This document shows, in pieces, positions 1 through 15,960 of a stretch of 64,000 nt of DNA (position 1 is its first letter; each line of letters begins with the position of its first letter). This stretch comes from the human T2T-CHM13v2.0 reference genome, Homo sapiens. A model generated the notes under the pieces. That model had not been told where the DNA came from. It saw only the letters and a list, made by a program, of their open reading frames with translations, and made no database searches. Made by a program: the position numbers and the translations under genes. The stretch lies in assembly GCF_009914755.1 (NCBI RefSeq), contig NC_060929.1; one strand, written 5' to 3'.

Positions 1-344
1 CCACAAACTCCTGGGCTCAAGTAATCCTCCGCGCTCAGCCTCCGGAGTAGCTGGAATTACAGGAGTGCACTGTAATTTTTGTTGTTGTTGCTATTATTAG
101 TCAGAGGTGGGACTCCATGACAGCCCACAGAGAGGGGAGGAACAAAGACCTGCCTTCCCACATGGGTTCTCTTCCCCTATTTCTTATATTTCCCCTTCTT
201 CCTTCTCCTCTCTTAAGTCTCTTTCTTCCCATTGCCTTTTTTTCCTTCCCTGTCTTCTGTAAGGTCTTCGGCCTCCCGTTGTTGTCCATAGATATTGCTT
301 CTGGTATCTGGACTCTGAATGCCTTGTGATCAAAACTATGTTGT

Positions 345-380
345 TTATATAGATATGTGTGTGTATGTATGTAGATGTAG

Positions 381-423
<43 letters not shown>

Positions 424-515
424 TGTGTATGTATGTATATTGTATACATACATATAAAATATGTACATATATTTATGTACATAAATATGTAGATATGTAA
501 AATATGTACATATGT
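345..515. repeat. (TA)18 microsatellite (386-421) within AT-rich low-complexity tract
   Basis: Directly visible. Confidence 0.95.
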
Positions 516-814
516 TAAAAATAATACAAGGATCTCACATCATGCCTAGTCCAGAGCTCAAGAGGGATGTAGCAACTAAATGTATTATGACCATCTAGAT
601 TGCAGGGAAAATCATTAGCCAGGCTCAAAAAAGTAAACCTCTGCTGCTTTCTAGATTGAGCAATACACAAGATATTGTTCATGTGGCAAATCAATGCCAG
701 CAATTCCGTGTCTGCCTTTATGGCTTGGACTTAGGGCTTTTATTTTAAATGATTTCTTATTTTCTCTGCCAACTGGTCTCTAAATATAAGTTCGTGTTTT
801 TCTTGAACGGACAC

Positions 815-1189
<375 letters not shown>

Positions 1190-1223
1190 TAGTCTATATG
1201 TAGATCTTTTCAGATAGACCCTT

Positions 1224-1581
1224 TGTTATGAGCTGAGTTGTGGCCCCGCCCCACCCCCAAAGTGATATGTTGAAATCCAAACCCCCAGTTCCTCAGACTG
1301 TCACTGTATTTGGACATAAAGTTAACATGAGGCCTTTAGGGTGGGCCCTAATCTAGTATGACTAGTATCCTTATACAAGGAGAAAATTTGGACTCATGAA
1401 GAGACACACACAAGGGATGTACATGCACAGAGAAAAGTCCATGTGGTGACACAGTGAGCAGCTGTCTGCAAGCCAAGGCAAGAGGTCCCAGGAGACATCA
1501 GCCTGCTGGGTGACACTTTGATCTTGGATTTCCAGCCTCCAGTCTGTGGGATTTTGTAATGGCAGCTCTAGAAGACTAACA
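1224..1581 (+). mobile_element. MLT1A/B-type MaLR solo LTR
   Basis: tgttatg...gactaaca termini; gggtgggccctaatc and gatttccagcctccag motifs. Confidence 0.8.
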
Positions 1582-1596
1582 TCCCCTCCGGTTTTA

Positions 1597-2231
<635 letters not shown>

Positions 2232-2264
2232 TTATGGATCCACTGTGGAGTGATGGTGAGGGTA

Positions 2265-2719
2265 TATATTAGAGTTCTCCAGAGAAACACAACCAATAGG
2301 ATGTTTATCTATATACCTATATATAGATGTGTATATAGGATGTTTATTTATCTATAGAGAGAAAAAAAAAGGAGATTGATTGATTCTAAGGAATTGGCTC
2401 ATGTGATTGTGGGCTGGCAGAATCGGAATCTGTAGGGCAGCCTGACAGGCTGGAGACTTCAAAGAAGAGTTGGTATTTCAAGTCAAAATGCAGTTTGGAG
2501 ACAGAATACCTTTTTTGTGTGAGATCTAAGTCTTTTGGTCTTCAACTATTCGGATGAAGCCCACGTACATTATGGAAGGTGCTCCTCTTTACTCAAAGTT
2601 TACCGATTTAAGTGTTAATCATATCTAAAAAGTACATTCACAGCAATATCTAGACTGGTGTTTGACCAAATAACTGCACCGTAGTTTAGCCACCTTGACA
2701 CATAACATTAACCGTCGCA
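2265..2719 (-). mobile_element. MLT2 (ERVL) solo LTR
   Basis: attagagttctccagagaaac, aaggaattggctcatgtgatt, ttgacacataacattaacc motifs. Confidence 0.8.
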
Positions 2720-3112
2720 TAGTGGAGATGAGGAAGTGGTAGTCTGGGCCTACGTTATATAAGAATAGTGAAATTTCACCTGATTTAAGGAAAGCTAAAT
2801 GTTAAATGTTAACAATGTGTTTTTACATGTATAACATCACTTAATTATTTGAATCAACCTTTTGTTTTAATACATGAGTGAGTTGACCATATATTTAGTT
2901 TTAATATACTCATCACCCATAAATTTCTGTTGATGATATAAGCATTACGTGTGATATAGGCTGTGGACTGGTATTTACATATGCTTCAAAATTTCAATAC
3001 TCATGCTAGGAAATTGCTTGGTCTATGCTTTTTTGCCTTGGTGTGACTTTTTGCCTTAAGTATTATTATTATCTTTATTATGGCATAAAGCAGTATTTTA
3101 TACACTAACTCC

Positions 3113-3413
<301 letters not shown>

Positions 3414-4677
3414 AGTTGTTCCTTTCTAGAGGACAGATCCATATCCTTTAAATCTGCTTGATAAGATACCCATTTCTATCCAGATAATGAAATGTTTTGG
3501 TTATTAAAGTATGCCCGGTATTTGGGCAAAACTAGAATCTAATAAATTGTAACCCACAAATCATATGTGGGCTATCAGTGAACACTTTCCCCTAACTCCC
3601 CATGGCGTGACAGGAAGCCATGGAGAATAAGAGTAAAGTGATAAAACTGGCAAGTGGACCGAGAAATCCAAGCCATGAGAATTCTGAGAACAGAGAGCAA
3701 GAAACAGCTCTCTGTCAGCATTCAAGGACAGAACTGAAGTTCAAATAGGAAAAAAGGATGCTGCTTCAAGGATCAGGAGTTGATTCTCAGAGACTCTGAT
3801 GCATTGCCTTGGTGTCTTAACCTGTAGCTTAGTTTTCCTTGGGACTTTGCACCACAATCCTACTCAGCTACCGTGGGAATTCTTGCTTGAAAGTAAATCT
3901 AGGACTATAGTTGTGGTAATATTTGAGCTTTACTTTTCTTCTGTTACTCTTGTCCATTTGATTGAGGCTAAGAAAACTGGCCCTCTGTTAAATTGAAGTT
4001 GCTTTTCTAAGGCAATAGGCTCTGGGAGAATGGAGAGGTGGGGTCTCCTAGGTTACCAAGCTTGTGCACTCCCATGAAAAAGCCTGGGTCTCTGTAAAAT
4101 ATGTTGGTAACAGTTAAAGCAGAAGCCATTGGAGAGAGAGAGAGGGAAAAAAAAAACCAACTTCATTATGATTTAAATTAATCTCTACTTTTTATTCTTA
4201 GATAGAACTAATTAAAGTTCTAATTATTTTGAGTGCTTTAAAACTAGGTGACAGGGTTTCCCTTTCTCTAAAAGGGATTGGAATTTTTCTTTAGGAACAA
4301 AATTGATGGGTAGTCTGCAAAAGGATTCAAATTGTTTAGAAATATATGACCATTATGAAGCATTATTTTCTGTCAGTGTCTATGATTTAGGGGTCGTAGA
4401 AGACCTGAATGTAATTAGTGATGTGGTGACTTTGTGAAGCTAGAAAAAAAAGAATTGAATTTTCATTCTATCTTTGAAGGAAGAAAGACATTGTGAGCTT
4501 AGAAGCAATAGAAGAAGTCACAAAGTACACTTAAATTAGAAAGCTTAAGTTTATTGTGTAGTGGATAGTCAAGAGGGAAGACTCTCCCACCCCCTTCCCT
4601 CTTGGTAGGCAAATACCAGACAGAAAATATTTGTAGCCAAAATGGCTACCAGTCTTTATTGTAAGCGCATCAACTCA

Positions 4678-5075
<398 letters not shown>

Positions 5076-5307
5076 GCCACAAATACATTACAATTTTAAA
5101 ATGTGAATACTTTTGTTATTTGATAATATTAAGGAATTATTCTTAAAATATTTAGACGTTATACTAGTATTTTGTAAAAGATTTCAGAGAGGCCAGACAC
5201 GGTGGCTCATGCGTATAATCCCAGTGCTTTGGGAGGTTGAGGTGGGAGGATTGCTTGAGGCCAGCCAGGAGTTTGAGACCAGCCCAGGCAACATAGCAAG
5301 ACCCTTG

Positions 5308-5685
5308 TGTATTAGCTTCTTCCCACACTGCTATAAAGAACTATTGGAACTCAGTAATTTATAAAGAAAAGAGGTTTAATTGACTCATAGTTCCAAAAGC
5401 TGTACTGGAGGCATGCCTGGGGAGGCCTCATGAAACTTATGGTGGAAGGGTGAAGGGGAAGCAAGCACGTCTTCACATGGTGGCAGGAGAAAGAGTGAGT
5501 GAAGGGAGAGGTGCTACACACTTTCAAACAACCAGACCTCATGAGAACGCACTCACTATCACAAGAACAGCAAGGGGGAAATCCGCCCCCATGATCCAAT
5601 GACCTCCCACCAGGTCCCTCCCCTAACACTGGGAATTACAATCCAAGGTGAGATTTGGATGGGGACACAGAGCCAAACCATATCA
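5308..5685 (-). mobile_element. MSTA-type MaLR solo LTR
   Basis: tgtattag...agccaaaccatatca termini; flanked by ccttg/ccctg. Confidence 0.88.
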
Positions 5686-5690
5686 CCCTG

Positions 5691-7840
5691 TGATACTTGG
5701 GTGAATTGTAATAATCCCCATGTGCCATTGGAGGGACCTGGTGGGAGGTAATTGAATCATAAGGGCAGATTTTTCCCGTGCTGTTCTCAGGATAGTGAAT
5801 AAGTCCCATGAGATCTGATGGTTTTATAAAGGGGAGTTCTTCTGCACATGCTTTCTTTTTGCCTGCCACCATGTAAGATGTGCCTTTGCTCTTTTTTGTG
5901 TTCCGCTATGATTGTGAGGTCTCCGCAGTCATGCGTAACTGTGAATTCATTAAACCTCTTTCCTTTATAAATTACCTAATCTCAGGTATGTCTTTATTAG
6001 CAGCATAAGAACAGACTAATACAGTAAGTTGGTACTGCAGAGAATGAGGTACAGCTGTAAAGATACCCAAAAATGTGGAAGTGACTTGGGAGCTGGGTAA
6101 CAGGCAGAGGTTGAGACAGTTTGGAGGACTCAGAAGAAGACAGGAAGATGTGGGAAAGTTTGGAACTTCCTAGAGAAGCCTTGTTGAATGGCTTTGACCA
6201 AAATGCTGATAGTGATATGGACAATGAAGTCTAGGCTGAAGTGGTGTCAGATGGATTTGAGGAGCTTGTTGGGAATTGGAGTAAAGGTCACTCTTGTTAT
6301 GTTTTAGCAAAGAGACTGGCAGGATTTTGCCCCTGCCCTAGAGATCTGTGGAACTTTGAAGTTGAGAGAGATGATTTAGGGTATCTGGTGGAAGAAATTT
6401 CTAAGCGGCAAAGCATTCAAGAGAAAGTAGAGCATAAAAGTTTGGAAAATTTGCAGCTTGATGATGCAATAGAAAAGTAAAACCCATTTTCTGGGAAGAA
6501 ATTCAAGTCTGTTGTAGAAATTTGCATAAGTAACAAGAAGCCGAATGTTAATCACCAAGTCAATGGGGAGGATGTCTCCAGGATGTGCCAGAGACCTTTG
6601 TGGCGCTCCCTCCCATCACAGGTCCAGAGGCCTAGGAGAATAAAATGGTTTCCTGGGCCAGGCCTGGGGCCCCCTTGCTGTGTGCAGCCTAGGGACTTGG
6701 TGTCCTGCATACCACCTGCTCCAGCCGTGGCTCAAAGGGGCCAAGGTACAGCTTGGGCTGTGGCTTCAGAGGGTGCAAGCCTCAAGCCTTGGCAGCTTCT
6801 GCATGGTGTTGAGCCTACAGGTGCCCAGAAATCAAGAATTGAGGTTTGGGAACCTCCGCCTAGATATCAGAGGATGTATGGAAATGCCTGGATATCCAGG
6901 CAGAAGTTTGCATGGGGGTGGGGCTCTCATGGAGAACCTCTGCTAGGGCACTGTGGAAGATAAATGTGGAGTGCGAACCCCCACACAGAGTCCCCACTGG
7001 GGCACTGCCTACTGGAGCTGTGAGAAGAAGGCCACTGTCCTACAGAGCCCAGAATGGTGGATCCACTGACAGCTTGCACCGTGCACCTGGGAAAGCCACA
7101 GACACTCAATGCCAGCCTGTGAAAGCAGTGTGGCCTGGGTGTGAGACTTGTAGTCACAAGGGATCATCTTAAAGATTTGGCTCCCCCTCTGGATTTTGGA
7201 CTTGCATGGGGCCTGTAGCCCCTTTGTTTTGGCCAATTTCTCCCATTTGGAAGGGCTATATTTACTCAATGTCTGTACCCCCACTGTATCTAGGAAGTAA
7301 CCAACTTACTTTTAATTTTACTGGCTCATGGATGGAAGGGACTTGTCTTGTCTCAGATGAGACTTTGGACTGTGGACTTTTGAGTTAATGCTAAATGAGT
7401 TAAGACTTTGGGGGGCCGTTGGGAAGGCATGATTGGTTTTGAAATGTGAGAACATGAGATTTGGGAGGGGCCAGGGGCAGATTGCTATGGTTTGGCTTTG
7501 TGCCCTAACCAAATCTCACCTTGAATTGTAATAATCCTCACTCCATGGGAGGGACCCAGTGGGAGGTAACTGAATCACGGGGCGGTTTTTCCTGTGCTGT
7601 TCTCGTGATAGTGAATAAGTCACACAAGATCTCATGGTTTTATAAAGGGGAGCTCCCCTGCACATGCTCTGTCTTTGCCTGCTACCATGTGAGATGTGCC
7701 TTTGCTCTTCCTTTGTCTTCTGCCATGATTGTGATGTCTCCCCAGCCATCTGGAACTGTGAGTCCATTAAACTTCTTTCCTTTATAAATTACCCAGTCGT
7801 GGGTATATCTTTATTAGCAGCATGAAAACAGACTAATACA
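5691..7840 (+). mobile_element. Complete THE1 (C/D-like) MaLR element: LTR 5691-6023, internal 6024-7482, LTR 7483-7840
   Basis: Two direct LTRs ending gactaataca, typical THE1-int sequence, perfect TSD ccctg (5686-5690, 7841-7845). Confidence 0.93.
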
Positions 7841-8180
7841 CCCTGTTTCTACAAAAAAAAAAAAATGTTTAAAAATTAGCCAGGTGTGGTGGCACCTGTA
7901 CTCCCAGCTACAAGGCTGAGGCTGGGGAGGAGCTCTTGAGTTGAGGAGTTTAAGGCTGCAGTGAGCCATGATGGCGTCACTGCACTCCAGCCTGGGCAAC
8001 AGACTCTGTCTCTAAACAGATAGACAAAAGATTTCAGAGATACACACTGAAATATTGAGAGTTGAAATTATAAAATGTCTGAATTTTGCTTACATAATCT
8101 AGGTTTCTACAGGGAATGAGTGAGGGCATCGATAAAATAAAGGTGAGGCAGATAAGTGAGTTATTTGATAAAGCTAGTGA

Positions 8181-8543
<363 letters not shown>

Positions 8544-8589
8544 CTAAAAATATTAAAAATCCTTGAAAGACCCCAGTGACTTCAAGAAA

Positions 8590-9270
8590 AGAGAGAAGCC
8601 ACCAGACATTTTGTGCTTCCAGATGGAAGTACGCGCTACCTTCTATGAAGTATTTATTGTTGCCAAAATATTCAACTTGAATCTGGTCAGCCTCTAAATC
8701 CTATTGCCAATTAATGCGAAATACTGAAGATAGGAAAACATGTTAAATGTCATGGTGAGATAGGATCAGTCAGAATCAAGAGCATGAGCCACTCTAGAAT
8801 CCACCTGGCTTCTTCAACAAGTAGATTAAAAGAAAAGGGGGTTGGGGCAGGAAGAAGAAACTCATAAATTAAGAGACTCATGAGACAGAGCCACCATTTG
8901 CAATGTATGAACCTCATTTGTAACCTGATTTCATCAAACCAAGAAAAATTCATGAGACAGTTGGGAAAATTTGGATACCAACAGAATATTTGATGTATTA
9001 AGGCACTAGTATAATTTTTTCTAAAGATGTGTTATTGTGTTCATTTTTTTAAAAAAAGTTCTCATTGTTTAGAGACACATACTGAAATATTTATTGATGC
9101 TGTGCTATGTGGTCTGGGATTAATTCAGATGATCTGGCAGGCAAGGGTCTAAAATGGGGTTACAGCTGAAAGGCACGAGACTGACATGAGTTGATAATCA
9201 TTGAAGCAGGATGATGAATTATCCACTCTATTTTTGGATATATTTAAGTATTTCCATAATAAAAATACTA
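8590..9270 (+). mobile_element. Ancient L1M (L1MC-like) 3' UTR fragments
   Basis: tttagagacacatactgaaatattt and gagttgataatcattgaagc motifs; similar pieces at 5076-5190 and 8041-8170. Confidence 0.55.
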
Positions 9271-9487
9271 GTTTTCACCTATTGTTATCGTGGTAAGCAT
9301 TTTCTACAGTGATTGATATCCAGTGCTCTCATACTTTGCTGGTGTCTTTATATGCACAAATGTAGTACTAGCCATGTCCTGTGTATCACTTTCCTAAAAA
9401 TAACCTACATGTTAACAAATGAATGTTGAGTTAAATAAGTATAAAACTTTATGGAATTTTATGTATCTTATAAAATAACAATTTATT

Positions 9488-10222
<735 letters not shown>

Positions 10223-11536
10223 TCACTTAAGGGAAATACAACAAAATGCTCTTTGTTTTTAGTAGAATATTAAAGTATGGGTGTGGATTTTTATCCCCCT
10301 TCTTACAGTGTTTGGTTATGTGGTTATGTTTTGTTTCTAAGGCCTTAAAATAAATAGATAAAAATGTATACTATAGTAAATTGAGAAAATATACTCATAT
10401 ACATATATTTAAATTACATACTTATCTTCACCTAAAATAAAGATACTTTGTCTAACAAAGTAATATTAGGGATTTATTTTATGTTTTAAGTGAATGATAA
10501 ATTATCTTGCAATGATATACCTCAGATGAACTCTTCTATTAAACATCTGTGTATTTGTGCATCTACTTATTTACTTTAGAACGGGCAAGAGAAAATGGCC
10601 TTGGGACTTTTGACCTGTGGAAGTTTTGCATTTTCCAGCCTGGATATGTGGAGGCTGTGGGCAAAGCCATCTTACTTCCACATTGTTTTTCTGTTTCCCA
10701 GTTCCTGGGCACTCAGCTGCCTAAGTGCTTCTCTTTTGCAGGAACAAAAAGAAAAAAAGGTAATAAGCATCTCAGAACTCATCTGGGGAAAAAAAAATAA
10801 AGAAATGAATAGTTAATTTGCTGCTACTGTGATAAACTTTCTTTGTAAACATTGTCATCTCAACTTCTGTTTTGATAGAGGACAGTTGAAAACACTGTGC
10901 TTGCACTGGCTGGCTGAAGTTTACACTTATTCAAAGCAAGGCAGTTGAGAATTAACCCAAAAACGAATGACCTGACCTTCCAGGAGTCCTGATGCGGCCA
11001 GGGGGCCATGTGCTCAGGGAGGCTTTGCAGGGCAGTCATCCCAGGAGCTCGGTGGAGTGGAGGGAGAGGTCAGGAAAGGGAATGCCTCGGCCTCCTGCTG
11101 TCTGTTTTCAGTCTCCTAAAGACTCCTCGGAGATGACCACAGGCCCTGGAAATGGGAGTGGCCCCTGGAGTTGGGGTGGTCAGAAAAAGCAGAAGTGCAA
11201 GTCCAACATGGGATCGGCCAGCATTGGGCATGCCTAGGGACAATCAGTTGTCTAGGGACTGCCCAAGAGGCCTGGGCTCCCTGCTGCCAGGGAAGGTGGT
11301 GTTTCTGTTCTGCCATGGGTTTCAGCTGCAGCCAATGGACCCTTGCCCAGGAGGGGTTTTAATCACTACAAAGAGCCAGACAAATGTGGCCCATGGACTC
11401 GACAGTATATATAGAAAGAGCAATGGCAATGGGTGTGCAGAGTCACTGTCACTAATTTTACCAAGATAGTTCTAATCTTAACTTATACAGGTACTAGCTC
11501 TTACCAATAATCTTGCAAAATATTTACCATGCTTGA

Positions 11537-11812
11537 TTTTTTTTTTTTTTTTGACATAGTCTTGCTCTGTCACTCAGGCTAGAGTACAGTGGCGTGATCT
11601 TGGCTCACTGCACCCTCTGCCTCCCGGGTTCAAGCAATCCTCCTGCCTCAGCCTCCTGAGTAGCTGAGACTACAGGTGTATGCCACCATGCCTGGCTAAT
11701 TTTTGTGTTTTTAGTAGAGATGGGGTTTTGCCACGTTGGCCAGGCTGGTCTTGAACTCCTAACCTCAGGTGATCCACCCTCCTGGCCTCCCAAAGTGCTG
11801 GGATTACAGGTG
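11537..11812 (-). mobile_element. AluS, slightly 5'-truncated
   Basis: Reverse-complement Alu; tacc(a)tgcttga on both sides. Confidence 0.93.
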
Positions 11813-13762
11813 CCTGGTACCTGCTTGATATTTAAAAGTCATATATATGTATACATATATATATTATATTTATGATATATATTTTAAAGTCATTTATGTA
11901 TATATATAATATGTATATATATTTTTTCTCTAATAGGATTACTTCGAGGATTTTTCCCCAGTACACCTAGAAACAATGATAATAAGGCTATAATTAACAC
12001 AAGGCAAACTATTCCTGACTTTCTCATAGCCACTATCCTCACTCTGTCCTGAGAGCCTGGAGAGTAACTTCTCTGTGTTGAGAAGCTTCAGTGTGACTTG
12101 TACTTGTGTTTCTGAGACACAAACTGATCTGCTCAGTTTATTTGTTTGAAGTGTATGTTGCTTTGAGAAAAAAGATTGTTTTATTATATTCTATTTCCAT
12201 GATTTTTAGGAATGGATCAGAGGAGGAATATCAGAGCAAGATTCCATGAGAAATCTGAGGCACAAGGTTAAAGAAATTCTCCAGAATTATATATACACCT
12301 GGAATTTAACTTCCCAGAGCACAGGGCTTTGTAGTTCTTGTTCACAGGCCTGTCCAATGCATAGAAGGTGCTCAATGAATACTGCTAAATAAGCGAATGA
12401 ATGAACAAGCCAGGATCTGAGCCCAGGTCTGTGTTAGTACTCGAATGCTCCTATTGAACATATGCATTTAACCATATTTGAGATGTAATTGATTTATTGA
12501 ACTGCTCAAGTTAATGAGGTGTACATTTGAAAGGGTCTTTATTTCTCTCTAGTTGCTGATTTCAACCATGCCAGGTAGAACCTCCTTTTCCTGTCCCATC
12601 ACAATGTTCAACCTCCATAAGCTTTCAGAGTAATCCAGTTCAAAAACTGAATCTCAAACTTGATTTAAATCTCTCTTTCACCTAGAGCATCTGGACCCTT
12701 CTCTAAAGCACCTGAAGGGAGAGAAGAGATAGAGGGCATTCTGTCCTTTTTCTCCTTCTGCCTCTTTCTCATCTGGGATCAACCTGTCTCCCGCAAAGGT
12801 TGGGGACAGAGAGGAAGCACTGGGGTCACAGGGAAGGTGAATGAACACCTCTCTGCTCAGCTGGATACAGATGCTGTCCTCTTATTGCTGCTCAGATGTT
12901 AGCTCAGTGTCCCACATCTCAGCTCCGTGACTCGGGCTCTGCCTTCAGTTGGAACTTTTCCCACTCTTCCTGCTGCCCTCCTACTACTGCAGGGGTCCTC
13001 TCCCCCAAGGGCAGCCATCTTGGTTGGGGTACAGGCAAGATAGCACAAGTCAGGCTTCATAACGTAGTGTCCCAGGAAACTCACTCATCCCTGCCGCTCC
13101 CAGCTGGGGGTACATAGGCTGCTTCTCTGGAGCTACCACCGTGCCACGCTTTTCTCTCCAGTTCTTTTCTTCTCTGTGGCTCAGAGGAACACAGAGAAAT
13201 CAGCAACCTACTGCCTTAGCAGATGAGCAGCCAGTGAAAGTGATGTTGGTCTTCCCCTCTTTAGGCCCGCCCCCCTGGTCTCTGTGTGATTCCGTTGATG
13301 ACCCCACCAGTTGGTGGGCAGGGGGTGGGGTCAGTGAACTGGGGGGGCTGGGGTGCCTGAAGGAACGAGCACTGCTCTTCCCTTGAGGGATTCTGATTGC
13401 CCGCTCCCCAGTGTTCTGATATAGTCTAGGAAGCTGGTATTAGCAGGGCTACCTCTGTTATCTTTTAGTAACTTCTAAAGGAGGTATATGACCCCCCTCT
13501 TTCTGAAGGTGGTAACTTTGTGGTTCGCTATCCTCAGCAGTAGGCTTTTGTCTCTAATGCTGGTGCAATAGAAGACATACCAAGGCTTTTATCTCAGCCC
13601 CTAAAGACTTTTTAGTAGAAGGAGTAGAAGGAAAAGGATTTCTATTGAATGATGTCATTAGTGATCTCAAAGATTAAAAAAATTATAAATGTATGAATTG
13701 GGGCATTAACTGGCAGGCCAGGAAGATTCCAGCAGTATTTGTGCATATCTCATTTATTCTTT

Positions 13763-14052
<290 letters not shown>

Positions 14053-15212
14053 ATCTCATTTATCCTTGAAGTCACACTATACTACACAGACATGAAGGTT
14101 GAAAGATGCTAGAGGTGGAGCTGCTTATAATGAAAACCTGGTGGCAACCTAGATGTTTAATATCGTTTAGCTTTAAAGAATGTTGATGCAGCTCTTTATT
14201 GATAGGAAGAAAGTTCAGCATATGTTACTTGGTGAGAAAACTGGGCTGTTGAGCAAAATATTTGCTATATGCATAGAAAAAATATGGACTGATAGAAAAA
14301 ATGGGCAGGGTAATTCTTGAGTGATAGGACTGATAGTGATTTCATTTTTATTTTTAAATTTTCTGTATCTTTGAAACTTGTTTACGGTGAATCTTGTTTA
14401 TATATGCAAAAGTTTTGTAAAGAAATTATACTATCAAACTTAATGAAAAGCTAGAATATATACTTACACCAGGTCTTTAGCATTTTAGGTGTCCTATGTC
14501 CTTAATTACTGAAGATTTTTTTACATTTTTCATCATCTCTGAGTGTTAAAGTCTCTGTACGTAAAAGCTTTTAGTAAGTTTCACAATCTGGCTTATATTT
14601 CAACAACTGAATGCACTAAATATTACTTGGCATTTACAAATGCATGTGGTAATTTGGAAAAGTGCCTTTCTTACAACATAAATCTTCCAAGTAACTTTGA
14701 AAGTTGTTGTAGTCATCATCTTGAAAACTAGAAAATGTGAACACTCTAACTTGTATAAAGAAATTCCAAATGTTATTCATCTTATGGTCTATTTTGTAAT
14801 TTGTTGGAATCATTGAAGTGCTTCAGGGAAATTAATTCGGCAGGGTTTATTTAAGTGCCTAGAGCTTGATAAATTAGAGTGGAGTTTTAGCATGCAGAGA
14901 AATGGTGCCGTCATAGGACTGCATCTTTTTGTCTGTACAATTCCAGTATCAGCCTATAAGCTCTGCGAGTTAGGAAACTTGGCTGTGGTTTTCCTGTGGT
15001 ACTCATAGGACCTCACAGAGTGCAGAATACGTGATACAAGTGATCATGACAAAATAGTGAACTTTTACTCAGCAGTTAATATGTGCAAGGCACATACTAT
15101 GGTTTTTATGCATTATCTCATTTAAACTTCACAGCAGGTCTCGATAGGTGGTTTTCAACCTTTTGGTAGGGGGCAGGGCTGGACTGTGCTTTGCAATGTA
15201 TAAGAAAAATTC

Positions 15213-15512
15213 AGCTGGGCGCGGTGACTCAAACGCCTGTAATCCCAGCACTTTCGGAGGCCAAGGCGGGCGGATCACCTGAGGTCAGGAATTCGACACC
15301 AGGCTGGCCAACATGGCGAAGCCCCGTCTCTACTAAAACTACAAAAATTAGCTGGGCATGGTGGCGTGTGCCTGTAATCCCAGCTACTCAGGAGCTGAGG
15401 CAGGAGAATAGCTTGAACCCGGGTGGCGGAGGTTGCAGTGAGCCGAGATCGCTCCACCAGGCACTCCAGCCTGGGCAATGAGTGAGACTCCATCTCAAAA
15501 TAAAAATCAAAA
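15213..15512 (+). mobile_element. AluS
   Basis: Full Alu. Confidence 0.95.
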
Positions 15513-15662
15513 TGGCAAGTGTTTTTTGTTTTTTTTTTAATTCCAAACTGCCCTAAATTTTCATAGTTATGGAAATGCTTTGTAAAGCCGTTCATTAAGT
15601 AGACTGATATTCAGGTTAAATTAGAGCATTTTCTTAAAAGTCTGTGTCAATTGTGGGTTAGC

Positions 15663-15798
15663 TTTTTTGTTTGTTTTTGACAGAGATGAGGTCTCACTGT
15701 GTTGCCCAGGCTGGTCTCAAATTCCTGAGCTCAAGGGATCCTCCTGCCTTAGCCTCCCAAAGTGCTAGGATTACAGGCATGAACCATCATGCCCAGCC
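15663..15798 (-). mobile_element. FLAM/Alu left monomer
   Basis: Single reverse-complement monomer. Confidence 0.85.
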
Positions 15799-15960
15799 AG
15801 AATGTGGGTTTGAACAAATTGAGATAACAGTGAGAAAAAACACCAGAGTTCTTTAGGGTTACATCGACAACTTTCTTTGTAAGAATGATCTTTTCAATGT
15901 TTGCCATGTTTTACTTTGCTGTCTATAATGTGCAGAATTCCTGCTAGTGATTGAGTAATT

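Larger units (their letters stand above)
5191..8025 (+). mobile_element. AluJ split in two (5191-5307 and 7841-8025) by two LTR insertions
   Basis: Alu sequence stops at ...gcaagacccttg and resumes ccctgtttctac; 15-bp TSD aaaagatttcagaga at 5176-5190 and 8026-8040. Confidence 0.9.
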
